DNA of 64,000 nt. It comes from Chloroflexota bacterium (GTDB lineage: Bacteria; Chloroflexota; Chloroflexia; QHBQ01). Below the pieces are notes generated by a model, which worked only from the letters and a program-made list of their open reading frames with translations, was not told the origin of the DNA and searched no databases. Position 1 is the first letter of the stretch, and the number at the start of each line of letters is the position of its first letter. The stretch lies in the NCBI GenBank assembly GCA_043754535.1, contig JAYUUN010000071.1, forward strand, positions 24,115-88,114, read 5' to 3'. This document shows positions 8,912-17,433 of the stretch, piece by piece. The translations under genes were made by a program, and so were the position numbers.

Positions 8912-9253
8912 TTGGCTAATAAGAAGGCTGCCCTCAAGGCAATCCGCTCGTCTGAGCGCAAGCGGCTGCGGAACAAGCCGATTCGGTCGGCCCTGAAGAC
9001 TTTCGTAACCAATACCGAGCGGCTGATCTTCGGCTACGGTATTGGCAAGACGCGCCAGGCACCTGACCTGACCGCTGCTACCCAATCTTTGCAAGAGGCA
9101 CAGAAAACCCTGGACAAGGCCGCGCAGAAGGGGATCATCCACCCCAACCAGGCCGCTCGCCGCAAGTCGCGGATGGCGAAGAAGCTGTCGAAGGCCCAGG
9201 GTTACATTACTCCCACTGTCGAGCGTTACGCCCCGGTACCAATGCCGGAGTAA
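8912..9253 (+). CDS. rpsT: 30S ribosomal protein S20
   Basis: (M)ANKKAALKAIRSSERKRLRNKPIRSALKTFV... is the canonical S20 N-terminus. It has a TTG start preceded by a GGAGG Shine-Dalgarno. Confidence 0.92.
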   Translation: MANKKAALKAIRSSERKRLRNKPIRSALKTFVTNTERLIFGYGIGKTRQAPDLTAATQSLQEAQKTLDKAAQKGIIHPNQAARRKSRMAKKLSKAQGYITPTVERYAPVPMPE

Positions 9254-9274
9254 CTAACCCAGCCCCTTGTAGCA

Positions 9275-9310
9275 AACGCCCATCCCACCAGGAGCGGGCG
9301 TTTTGTTTTG
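9275..9310 (+). terminator. Intrinsic terminator of rpsT
   Basis: aacgccc...gggcgtt stem followed by TTTTGTTTTG. Confidence 0.75.
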
Positions 9311-9318
9311 CCCACTGG

Positions 9319-11673
9319 TTAGCTGCGCGACTCTGGTTTGCCGCGCTTGCGGAGAGCAAACAGGTTACGCTGGCGATGGCTGGCAGTGCCGCCCCTAACG
9401 CTGCTAAGGACTACCGGCTCCAGCACCGCTGGTAGTTCGGCTTCGGCAGTGTTGGAGGTAGCAGCCAGCGTCTTGCGGTCGGGGTAGACGATGCGCGGGT
9501 GGTAGATGCCGCGCAGCATAGCCCGAAAGGCCCCTTCGATGCTGGCGATGTCACGGATGGTCAGGTCGCACTCGTCAAGCTGCCCCTCGGCCAGTCGCGC
9601 CCCGATCACCTTGTGGACGACCTGCCCCAACTGCTCCTCGTCGAAGTTGCTGCTGAACTGACCACTTTCGCCCTCGGCCCGACGGCTGAGTTGGCCGCTC
9701 TGCACAGCGGCGCGGGTGGCAGCCTCCACCGAGTCGGCTAGCATGACAATGGCCGCCTCCTTCGTCCGCGGGCGCGGGCCAGGGTACTGGTAGTCCGCCT
9801 TGTCCACCCGCCCTGCGCCCTCCTGCGCCACCGCCTTGTCATAGAAGAATCTGATAGCGGTAGTGCCATGATGCTGGGCCACGATGTCGCTCACCCGCTT
9901 GGGCAGGCGGTACTTCTTCGCCAACTCCACTCCATCGCGCACGTGGTCACTGATGATGTAGGCACTCTCGCGGGGTGGCAGGCTGTCATGGATGTTGTCC
10001 ATGCCGGTCTGGTTGTCTATGAAGTAGGCGGGATGCAGCACCTTGCCGATGTCATGATAGTAGGCACCAACGCGGGCCAGCAGCGGGTCGGCCCCCACCA
10101 CCTCGGCAGCACGCTCGGCCAGATTGCCCACGACCAGACTGTGGTGATAGGTGCCAGGCGCATCATACATCAGGCGGCGCAAGAGCGGCTGGGTGGGGTG
10201 GGCCAATTCGAGCAGTTGCAGGGGAGTGGTGGTACCAAATAGATTGCCCAGCAGGTTGAACGCGGCGAAGCTGAAGGCAGCAGAAAGAACACCGTTAAGC
10301 AAACTCACCCCCGCCAGTTCGAGCAGCGCGGTGTTATCATAGCTGTGGCTGAGGATGCGCGAGAGGATGATCACCAGGTAGTTGATCGCCGCCACCGCCA
10401 GCCCCGCCCGCACGAAGTCGCTGCTACGCTCAGCCCGCCACGCTGCGTAGATACCAACCATGCCGCTGACCAGATAGAAGACGGTTAGCTCAAAGTTGTT
10501 GTTGCCTAGCAGGCCCACCAGCAGGCTGATGATGATCGTGTAGACTATGCCTACATCGGTGTTGAGCAGCACGGCTAGCAGGATGCTGAAGCTGGCGAAG
10601 GGCAGCAGGTACGGCAACAGCACATGATCGGTGATGAAGTGTGCGCTGCCAATCGGGATCAGCAGGCACATGGCGATCAGCAGCAGTGGGCGGCGGCGTT
10701 GCCACATCTGGTGGTGGCTGAGGAACAGGTAGCTGCTGGCAACCAGTAGCAGCACAGTGACCAGCCCGACGGTGCCGATCACATCCTCCCAGTCTATCGC
10801 CCGCGCCGTCAGGCCGATCCGTTCGAGCGTCTCCACGTGCTGGGCGGTGACGATCTCTCCCTTGCTGACCACGATCTGGTTCTTCTGCACCTCCACCGTA
10901 ACAGCAGGGACGGCTGCCTCTGCCTTGTCGCGCAGAGCATTGCTGGCCGTCTCATTGACCAGGACGTTGGGCTTGAGGTAGGCACCGACGAGAGCTTGCT
11001 CGGCCAACCGCTGCTGCTCGTCGAGGCTGCGGTCACTGAGAGCAAGGATAGTAGAGCGGGCATCGTCCACCGCCCGTGCATCCACTATCCGCCGCCCATT
11101 CATCAGCACGTCGAAGGTACGAAGGGTGTCACTGACTGTCTCCTGCCACTGAGTCTCGCTGAGACTGATGATCACCTGCGCCTCGCCACGCTGGACGCTG
11201 AAGCCAGGCAAAGTGACAAGGCTGCTGAGTTTGTCGGCGGCACTGAGCAGGCGACCACGCACAGCAGTGATCGAGCGGATAGTCGCTTGCAGGTCTGCGC
11301 TCTGCCCAGCGATCAGGCTGGCGTTGTAGTCGTAGACGAGGTTGGTTGGGTCGTTACGAGCCGCCTGCTTGGCCGCCTGGGTCTGCACACTGCTAACATA
11401 GCGGACGTAGCGTGGGGCGTAGATCGTCTGCCCAGCGGGTTGACCGAGGACGGTGTTGGTAACGAGGCCGGTGGGCAGGTACTGGAACAGGAGGATCAGG
11501 CTGACCAACACAGCCATGATCAGGTTGAAGCCAACGAAGGTAAGCCAGCCCGACCAGTCGCGGTTGCCGCTGAAGCTGCTCTCGGCAGATGGGAGGGGCA
11601 AGCTGCCGCTCGTCAGCTTATCAGGGCGGGGGGGTCGGGTTGGCTCCAGGCTACCATTCCGCGGTTCGGGCAT
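9319..11673 (-). CDS. 7TM-receptor HD-domain phosphohydrolase (PgpH/YqfF-like, candidate cyclic-di-AMP phosphodiesterase)
   Basis: Large N-terminal extracytoplasmic domain after one TM, then about 7 TM helices. The C-terminal HD domain reads HHSLVVGNLAERAAEVVGADPLLARVGAYYHDIGK...ADSVEAA. The ATG at 11673 is preferred over the GTG at 11685. Confidence 0.8.
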   Translation of the reverse strand: MPEPRNGSLEPTRPPRPDKLTSGSLPLPSAESSFSGNRDWSGWLTFVGFNLIMAVLVSLILLFQYLPTGLVTNTVLGQPAGQTIYAPRYVRYVSSVQTQAAKQAARNDPTNLVYDYNASLIAGQSADLQATIRSITAVRGRLLSAADKLSSLVTLPGFSVQRGEAQVIISLSETQWQETVSDTLRTFDVLMNGRRIVDARAVDDARSTILALSDRSLDEQQRLAEQALVGAYLKPNVLVNETASNALRDKAEAAVPAVTVEVQKNQIVVSKGEIVTAQHVETLERIGLTARAIDWEDVIGTVGLVTVLLLVASSYLFLSHHQMWQRRRPLLLIAMCLLIPIGSAHFITDHVLLPYLLPFASFSILLAVLLNTDVGIVYTIIISLLVGLLGNNNFELTVFYLVSGMVGIYAAWRAERSSDFVRAGLAVAAINYLVIILSRILSHSYDNTALLELAGVSLLNGVLSAAFSFAAFNLLGNLFGTTTPLQLLELAHPTQPLLRRLMYDAPGTYHHSLVVGNLAERAAEVVGADPLLARVGAYYHDIGKVLHPAYFIDNQTGMDNIHDSLPPRESAYIISDHVRDGVELAKKYRLPKRVSDIVAQHHGTTAIRFFYDKAVAQEGAGRVDKADYQYPGPRPRTKEAAIVMLADSVEAATRAAVQSGQLSRRAEGESGQFSSNFDEEQLGQVVHKVIGARLAEGQLDECDLTIRDIASIEGAFRAMLRGIYHPRIVYPDRKTLAATSNTAEAELPAVLEPVVLSSVRGGTASHRQRNLFALRKRGKPESRS

Positions 11674-11765
11674 CGAGTCACCCACTTCTATAGAGTTATG
11701 ATACAGGCTGGGGCTGCTGGTTGAGGGGCTTATTTGCTGGGCTACTATTCACCATCTACCATCTG

Positions 11766-12410
11766 CTACAAGCTAGCAAGAAGGTCCTTGACCATTTGGC
11801 TAGCGGCCCGTCCATCAGCGCGGTCTTTGATGCGTGGTTGCAACGCACCCATCACCTTGCCCATCTCACGGGGGCCAGTCGCTCCCACTTCGGCAATCAC
11901 TTGGTGAACCAGAGCGCGCAACTCCTGTTCACTGAAGGGCTGCTCTGGCAGGTAGGCCAGCAGCACTGCCAGTTCTGCGCGCTCGGCAGCGGCCAGTTCG
12001 GGGCGGTTCGCCTTGTCATAAGCCTCAATCGAGTCGCGACGCTGCTTGATCTGCCTGCGGATCACGTCGGTGATTTCTGCATCGCTCAGGCTAGGTGGGT
12101 CAGCGATGATCGCCTCCCGCTCTGCTGTGCGGCGGATACCAAGCTCCTCCTTGATTGCGGCCAATTCATCATCACTGGCGTTTTGCACCCTGCTCTTGAA
12201 GGCGACCAGCTCCGCCCCTTGCAACCCAGCCAGGTGCTGCTGCAAGTCGTGCTGCTCGGCAGCGAAGATCGTCTGCATCTGCTTCTGGCGGCTCTCAAGC
12301 TCGGTGTTCTTGACGGCGGCCTGCAACATACGGATCGTATCACGGCGCACCTCATCCTTAGCGCGCATTGCAGCGGCCAAATCCTGCTTCAGTTGTTCGC
12401 GGATCGCCAT
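11766..12410 (-). CDS. GatB/YqeY-domain protein with a roughly 60-aa internal insertion
   Basis: MAIREQLKQDLAAAMRAKDEVRRDTIRMLQAAVKN...EMGKVMGALQPRIKDRADGRAASQMVKDLL matches YqeY at both ends. The ATG at 12410 has a GGGAGG Shine-Dalgarno, so the 31 upstream track codons were dropped. Confidence 0.8.
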   Translation of the reverse strand: MAIREQLKQDLAAAMRAKDEVRRDTIRMLQAAVKNTELESRQKQMQTIFAAEQHDLQQHLAGLQGAELVAFKSRVQNASDDELAAIKEELGIRRTAEREAIIADPPSLSDAEITDVIRRQIKQRRDSIEAYDKANRPELAAAERAELAVLLAYLPEQPFSEQELRALVHQVIAEVGATGPREMGKVMGALQPRIKDRADGRAASQMVKDLLASL

Positions 12411-12531
12411 TTCGGGCCTGCCTCCCATCCGATCTTCACCTATTCTAACTGCGATTATACAGGTAGGGCCAGGGGCTGTCAAGCAGGGCGGCGGCACGAA
12501 CATTGCTGCCGTAGATCGGGCGTGACCGTCC

Positions 12532-12561
12532 TTGACGGCAATGCTGATCGTGTGCTACAAT
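12532..12561 (+). promoter_or_regulatory. Putative promoter P1 TTGACG-18-TACAAT upstream of the respiratory cluster
   Basis: cTTGACGgcaatgctgatcgtgtgcTACAATcgg. Confidence 0.5.
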
Positions 12562-12625
12562 CGGCCTCGTTGGCAGGCGTAAGAGCAGCACCTGTGGGCT
12601 TGCGCCCAAAGGCTGGATTAACCTT

Positions 12626-12646
12626 ACATTAAAGCCACGTTAATGT
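12626..12646. promoter_or_regulatory. Perfect 7-N7-7 palindrome ACATTAA-N7-TTAATGT in an AT-rich patch between P1 and P2
   Basis: acattaaagccacgttaatgt, flanked by the imperfect outer inverted repeat aacctt...aaggtt. It could be an operator or an RNA hairpin. Confidence 0.4.
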
Positions 12647-12677
12647 TTTCACCGTCAAGGTTTATGCGCTAAGTGCG

Positions 12678-12705
12678 TTTGCGCTGGGCCACCGCGTGGT
12701 ATAAT
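12678..12705 (+). promoter_or_regulatory. Putative promoter P2 TTTGCG-16-TGgTATAAT (extended -10) upstream of the respiratory cluster
   Basis: gTTTGCGctgggccaccgcgTGgTATAATagc, about 85 nt upstream of the small ORF at 12789. Confidence 0.5.
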
Positions 12706-12788
12706 AGCGGAGAGGAAGTCAGCACTGACCAGCATTGGCACAGTCAGCTAACCTCAATGCTAATCCGGGGTTCTCAGGAGGTGTTGCT

Positions 12789-12908
12789 ATGGTTGTTGGT
12801 GAGACGATTGAACTGTTGATCGTGTTTGGCATGATCGTCTTCTCGTTGGCGATGCTCTATGCAATTGAGCGGTTTACCAGCGACGATACGAAGGAAACCG
12901 ACCAGTAA
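12789..12908 (+). CDS. Unannotated 39-aa single-TM peptide, first gene of the bc/cbb3 cluster
   Basis: Below the ORF-track size cut-off. ATG preceded by cAGGAGGtgttgct (Shine-Dalgarno, 7-nt spacing). Translation: MVVGETIELLIVFGMIVFSLAMLYAIERFTSDDTKETDQ*. One hydrophobic helix and an acidic tail. Confidence 0.5.
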   Translation: MVVGETIELLIVFGMIVFSLAMLYAIERFTSDDTKETDQ

Positions 12909-12967
12909 GCTGCACCGCCACACCCCACCGGGGTTGAGGAGAGGCTACGACGAGGGAGAAGTAGAGG

Positions 12968-13720
12968 ATGGCTAATAGCCGAAAAGGATTGGGCCGGTTC
13001 AGCCCAGGCAGTCTGTATGAGGGGTTTACGCGCTCGCAGATTTATCGCTCTGTGATCCGCAACCCCTGGCCGAACAACGCCCGTACTCGCGCCCTGGCGG
13101 TGATGAACAGCGTCTTCCTGCACCTGCAACCGACGCGCACCCGCCCGGAGGCGATCAAGATCACCTACACCTGGGGTCTCGGTGGCATCTCGTTCCTATT
13201 CTTTTTGCTGCTGACGATCACTGGCGTGATGTTGATGTTCTACTACGTGCCGACGGTGCCAGATGCTTACAACTATATGAAGGAGCTTCAGGGTACGGTC
13301 AGCTTCGGCCAGTTGATGCGGAACGTCCATCGCTGGTCGGCGCATGGTATGGTGATCACTGTCTTCCTCCATATGTGCCGTGTCTTCTACACTGGCAGCT
13401 ATCGCCCACCCCGTGAGTTCAACTGGGTGGTTGGCGTAGTGCTACTATTCTGCACTTTCTTCCTTAGCTACACCGGCTATCTACTGCCCTGGGATCAGTT
13501 GAGCTTCTGGGCGGTAACGGTTGGCGCGAACATGGCAGGGGCTACCCCCTACCTCGGCGAACTGGTCAGCCTGCTCCTGCTCGGCGACAAGTCGGTGGGT
13601 CAGGCAACCCTGGTGCGCTTTTACACCCTGCACGTGATCGCCATGCCGTTGCTCACTGCGCTGTTTCTCAGCGTCCACTTCTGGCGCATCCGCAAGGATG
13701 GCTTCTCTCGCGGCCTCTAG
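12968..13720 (+). CDS. Cytochrome b6-type subunit of a Rieske/cytochrome b complex (four-helix N-terminal half of cytochrome b)
   Basis: 250 aa. Helix B carries [15 protein letters not shown]. Helix D carries [16 protein letters not shown], a b6-type His spacing. Also contains [19 protein letters not shown]. Confidence 0.9.
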   Translation: MANSRKGLGRFSPGSLYEGFTRSQIYRSVIRNPWPNNARTRALAVMNSVFLHLQPTRTRPEAIKITYTWGLGGISFLFFLLLTITGVMLMFYYVPTVPDAYNYMKELQGTVSFGQLMRNVHRWSAHGMVITVFLHMCRVFYTGSYRPPREFNWVVGVVLLFCTFFLSYTGYLLPWDQLSFWAVTVGANMAGATPYLGELVSLLLLGDKSVGQATLVRFYTLHVIAMPLLTALFLSVHFWRIRKDGFSRGL

Positions 13721-13771
13721 ACAGACCCCCGCCCAACCTCTTTCAAGGTGGAACAAGATTAGGAGATTGAC

Positions 13772-14578
13772 ATGGCTGCAACAAAGCCACAAGGGGCAAC
13801 CCCCAGCCGCCGCGAGATGATCGACCGGCTGGCAGAGCAACGTGGGCAGGCACAGGTTAGTGTTTCGCGCAGGCGAGCCAACACCGTGCAGGTTTGGCCG
13901 CACTTGATGATCCGCCAGTTCATCGCCACCGTGGTGATTACCCTCAACACACTGTTGCTGGGCGTGCTGATCAATGCGCCACTGGTTGAGATTGCCAACC
14001 CGGAGAAGACCCCGAACCCGTCGAAGGCTCCCTGGTACTTCCTCAACCTGCAAGAGTTGCTGCTGCACATGAACCCCGCCCTCGCTGGGGTGATCATCCC
14101 CAGCGTTGCGCTTGGTGCTTTGGCAGCGATCCCTTACATCGACAACAAGCCAGAGGGGACTGGGGTCTGGTTCTACTCGAACAAAGGCATCCCCGTCCTC
14201 ATCTTCAGCTTCCTTTACACCCTGATCGCTGAGATCGCCCTGGTGCTGATCGATGCGGCCCTACCCGCCAAGCAGTGGATTGGCGGCCTGATAAGGGGAG
14301 TATTCGGTGTGCCAAAGGATGATAGCGCGGCTTCCTTCCAGGGCCAACTGCTAGAAGCTCTCTCTGGCTGGTTCTTCCCCATCGGCGTGATCGTGATGCT
14401 CGCCCTCGTCCTCGGCTTCCTGGTACGCTTGATTTGGAAGGCGAACAAGAGCGAGATCGTAATTGCCATGTTCACTGGCTTTGTTGCCAGCTACGTCCTG
14501 CTGACGATCATTGGTACTGCCTTCCGCGGCCACTCGATGTCCTTGCTTTGGCCCTGGGCATTGGGCGAAACCAGCTAG
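13772..14578 (+). CDS. Subunit-IV-like protein (C-terminal half of cytochrome b), extended with extra TM helices
   Basis: 268 aa. PEKTPNPSKAPWYFLNLQELLLH is the PEWY-equivalent Qo-site motif (here APWY) of the cytochrome b C-terminal domain/PetD. More TM helices are present than in the 3-TM PetD. Confidence 0.85.
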   Translation: MAATKPQGATPSRREMIDRLAEQRGQAQVSVSRRRANTVQVWPHLMIRQFIATVVITLNTLLLGVLINAPLVEIANPEKTPNPSKAPWYFLNLQELLLHMNPALAGVIIPSVALGALAAIPYIDNKPEGTGVWFYSNKGIPVLIFSFLYTLIAEIALVLIDAALPAKQWIGGLIRGVFGVPKDDSAASFQGQLLEALSGWFFPIGVIVMLALVLGFLVRLIWKANKSEIVIAMFTGFVASYVLLTIIGTAFRGHSMSLLWPWALGETS

Positions 14579-14646
14579 TTGGTTGAGGTTGGGGCTGGCA
14601 GGTACCAGCCCCTTGCTATCAAGTTTAGCGACAGGAGTTACCCTAA

Positions 14647-15249
14647 ATGAGTCGCATCATTAATCCCGATCTCGAACAAAGCAAGCAGATGGATCTCGGT
14701 TCGGTGACAGCCGAAGGGGATGTGACCCGCCGCAGCTTCTTCAAGTACATTTTCATGGGCGCGATGGCCGGGTTGGGCGCACTGGGTGCGGGCAGCTTCT
14801 TCAGCTTCTTTCTGCCACGCAAGACGCAGGCTTTTGGCAGCAAAGTGAAGGCGGGCAAGGTAGCCGACTTTCCAATCCAGACCAAAGCGGGTAGCACCAT
14901 CACCAGCGTGATCGGGGCAACCGCCCGCAACCGCGATGGCCGCTTCTACATGATACACCTGGAGGACGGCTTGATCGCCCTCTACTGGAAGTGCGTCCAC
15001 CTCGGCTGCACCGTCCCCTGGAACCCGCAAGAGGAGTTCACCTACGAGGGGGTCAAGTACGTGGGGATGTTCCACTGCCCCTGCCACGGCTCGACCTACA
15101 TCCCCGACGGCCAGATCGTTGCTGGCCCTGCCCCGCGCCCACTTGACTACATGGAGATCACCCTCGAGGGCGACAACGTGACGGTGGACACTGGTAAGAT
15201 TAAGCAGCGGATCAAGGCTGACCCCAAGACGCAGGCGACCAAAGTTTAG
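14647..15249 (+). CDS. Rieske [2Fe-2S] subunit with Tat signal
   Basis: Twin-arginine motif TRRSFFKY followed by a TM helix. Cluster boxes CVHLGC and CPCHGSTY. Confidence 0.92.
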   Translation: MSRIINPDLEQSKQMDLGSVTAEGDVTRRSFFKYIFMGAMAGLGALGAGSFFSFFLPRKTQAFGSKVKAGKVADFPIQTKAGSTITSVIGATARNRDGRFYMIHLEDGLIALYWKCVHLGCTVPWNPQEEFTYEGVKYVGMFHCPCHGSTYIPDGQIVAGPAPRPLDYMEITLEGDNVTVDTGKIKQRIKADPKTQATKV

Positions 15250-15303
15250 TTCGCGCAACCTCGCTGGAGGCAGTGGCGGGGAAGCTGAGGAAACGAGGCA
15301 ATC

Positions 15304-16218
15304 ATGAACGACAAAGGAATCCTGAGTATCGCCCTGACCCTGGCGTTGATCTTCGGCGCAATTGCCTACTTCGTCATCGACGGGCAGCGTGGTACGCAGA
15401 TCAGCAACGCACAATTGCAATCCTCGGCTCTGGCTGGACAGAAGCTGTTCGGCCAGTATTGCGCCCAGTGCCATGGCCCGCTCGGTGAGGGCTGCATCGG
15501 CCCAGCAGTGCAGCGCGGTGAGTGGAGAGCGAAGGAGGTGGGTGGTGATGCTACTGCTGACCTGGTCGCCGCTCATGACTACATCAACAAGACGCTGCAC
15601 CAGGGGCGGCAGGGTATCCAGCCCAACCCCCAGGTTCCTAATATGCCAGCGTGGGGTCAAGAGAATGGCGGCTCACTCAACACTGAGCAGATCAACAACC
15701 TGACCGACTACCTGCAATATGGCGACTTTAGCAATACCCTCTACTACGTTCCCTCGGCAAACCTGGCAGGCGACATCCCGAATGCTCCTGGCGACCCCGC
15801 TGGCCGCAACAAGGGGATGAAGGAGATGCTGCTTGGCTATGGCTGCCTCAACTGCCACCTGGTCGGCAATGTCGGTGGGCAGGTAGCTGCCAACCTGAGC
15901 GCGGTTGGCGGGCGGCGCACCCAAAACTGGCTGACTGCCTGGATTTACAATCCCCAGGAGATGCCAGCCTGGAATCGTGGCCCCTACACCTGGGTTTTCA
16001 GTGCTACCCAGACCATGCGCCTCTACAACACTACCCCAATGCCGACCCTGCCTGCTTACACCCAGACTGTGGTTATGGGTCAGCCCGCTGTCGCTATCGT
16101 AGACAAGGCAGCGCACATGAACCCTAGCTATATGCCGAAGATCGAGTTCCAGGATCGCGACAACAATGGCATTAACGACCTGTTCGACATCGCGGGCTAC
16201 CTATCGCGCCTGCGCTAA
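15304..16218 (+). CDS. Membrane-anchored diheme c-type cytochrome
   Basis: N-terminal TM helix (ILSIALTLALIFGAIAYFVI). Two CxxCH sites (CAQCHG, CLNCHL), each followed by a distal Met region (NMPAWG, MPAWNRG). Confidence 0.85.
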   Translation: MNDKGILSIALTLALIFGAIAYFVIDGQRGTQISNAQLQSSALAGQKLFGQYCAQCHGPLGEGCIGPAVQRGEWRAKEVGGDATADLVAAHDYINKTLHQGRQGIQPNPQVPNMPAWGQENGGSLNTEQINNLTDYLQYGDFSNTLYYVPSANLAGDIPNAPGDPAGRNKGMKEMLLGYGCLNCHLVGNVGGQVAANLSAVGGRRTQNWLTAWIYNPQEMPAWNRGPYTWVFSATQTMRLYNTTPMPTLPAYTQTVVMGQPAVAIVDKAAHMNPSYMPKIEFQDRDNNGINDLFDIAGYLSRLR

Positions 16219-16305
16219 GCGTGCAACGCAACCACAAGTGAAGCCAAGCTGGGCGTGCAACAAGCGCGCCCTCTATGTGGGGCCAAAACCCCATAGCAGG
16301 GTACA

Positions 16306-17328
16306 GTGATGATCAACTTCCGTAAGCACAAGTTTACTGCTCCAAGCCTGCTGGTGGCTGGATTGGCGGTGCTGGCTCTACTGCTTAGCAGTGCCAACCT
16401 CAGCCTGGTCAATTCGGCAACCATCACCATCGAGCCAAGTATCCTCGGCAGCAACGAAAAGCTGCCAGTTAACGACCCCGACGCTGCAATATGGACGCAG
16501 GCGGGTGGCAAGGACGTGGCTGCTATCGTGGTGCCGATGAGTGCGCAGCAGATGGTGCGGCCCAGTGGTGGCAGCACGAAGGCCGTAGTCGTCCGAGCCG
16601 TCGCGAGCAGCGAACAACTGGCGATCAAGATTAGCTGGCACGACGACACGATGAACAACCAGGAGGACGGCTACCAGGCTAGCGATGCAGTGGCGGTGCA
16701 GTGGCCGATGAAGGTCGGTGAAGCCCTTCCCTTCCAGTGCATGGGTCAGCTTGATGCGCCAGTAAACATTTGGCAGTGGAAAGCTAGCCTCCAGACGACC
16801 AACGAGACCACTGGCAACGGCCAGCCCCCTGTCTACAACTTGATGAGCAATGGTATTTGCAAGGCTGCCGATGCAGCAGGCATGATCCCCCAGGGTCATG
16901 GTGTGTGGGGCAAGTTCAAGGATGAGACTGGCGCAGAGCAGACGGGTTGGAGCGTTGTCTTCAGCCGCAAGTTCAGCACGGGCGACGCTAATTCTGCCGC
17001 TATCGAACCAGGCCACAGCACCAACGTCGCCTTCGCAGTCTGGAACGGCGCACCAGGGGTGTTCGAGCAGAAAAGCCGCAAGGCAGTAGCTAGCTGGGTG
17101 CAGTTCAACGTGGTGGCTGGGACGAAGGTTGACCTGACCTGGCTTAACCTGATCCTGATCCTCGGCGCAAGCGTGGTACTGATCGGCCTCGCCTTGAAGC
17201 TGACCCCGCGCACGATCAGCGCACAAGCGGTAGTGGCTAGTCCCCAAGTTGACACAGAGGGAAGGCCCGCCGCTGATACCCCGGCCAACCGCGCCCTCAA
17301 GTTGACAGCGAGATCGCGGCGGATGTAG
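16306..17328 (+). CDS. Secreted, C-terminally TM-anchored protein resembling the EB_dh / cytochrome c-552-DMSO-reductase-like (DOMON-type) heme-b-binding domain
   Basis: 340 aa with a signal peptide. The motif order ...LAIKISWHDDT...DAVAVQWP...FQCMGQ...VNIWQWKAS...VAFAVWNGA...QKSRKAVASW... matches my recollection of the EB_dh family. A C-terminal TM helix (LNLILILGASVVLIGLALKL) follows. No CxxCH site is present. Confidence 0.45.
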   Translation: MMINFRKHKFTAPSLLVAGLAVLALLLSSANLSLVNSATITIEPSILGSNEKLPVNDPDAAIWTQAGGKDVAAIVVPMSAQQMVRPSGGSTKAVVVRAVASSEQLAIKISWHDDTMNNQEDGYQASDAVAVQWPMKVGEALPFQCMGQLDAPVNIWQWKASLQTTNETTGNGQPPVYNLMSNGICKAADAAGMIPQGHGVWGKFKDETGAEQTGWSVVFSRKFSTGDANSAAIEPGHSTNVAFAVWNGAPGVFEQKSRKAVASWVQFNVVAGTKVDLTWLNLILILGASVVLIGLALKLTPRTISAQAVVASPQVDTEGRPAADTPANRALKLTARSRRM

Positions 17329-17433
17329 AGTAGAGGGCAGAGTAATGGGCTTTAGCAGTTAACCGGGGGCGTGATAGTACGTCCCCACAAATGGGCGAGA
17401 TCGGGTAAAAGCGGAAGGTGAGGGGAGAGGTTA

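Noticed and set aside
10837-11724. Long ORFs antisense to recognised genes. Examples: 3399-4088(-), 10837-11724(+), 11721-12632(+), 14638-15660(-), 16378-17247(-), 36323-36955(-), 39414-40121(-), 42897-44075(+), 44389-45195(+), 47373-48530(-), 50738-51418(-), 58468-59703(+), 59907-60629(+).
   Set aside because: Each lies opposite a gene with clear family motifs or operon logic. Their translations are Ala/Arg/Gly/Val/His-rich with no motifs, as expected for stop-poor antisense frames in GC-rich DNA.
12504-12788. FNR/CRP-type box (TTGAT-N4-ATCAA), expected upstream of many cbb3 operons.
   Set aside because: No such sequence is seen here or in the 17329-17433 region upstream of ccoN. Only the unrelated ACATTAA-N7-TTAATGT palindrome was found, and it is reported separately.
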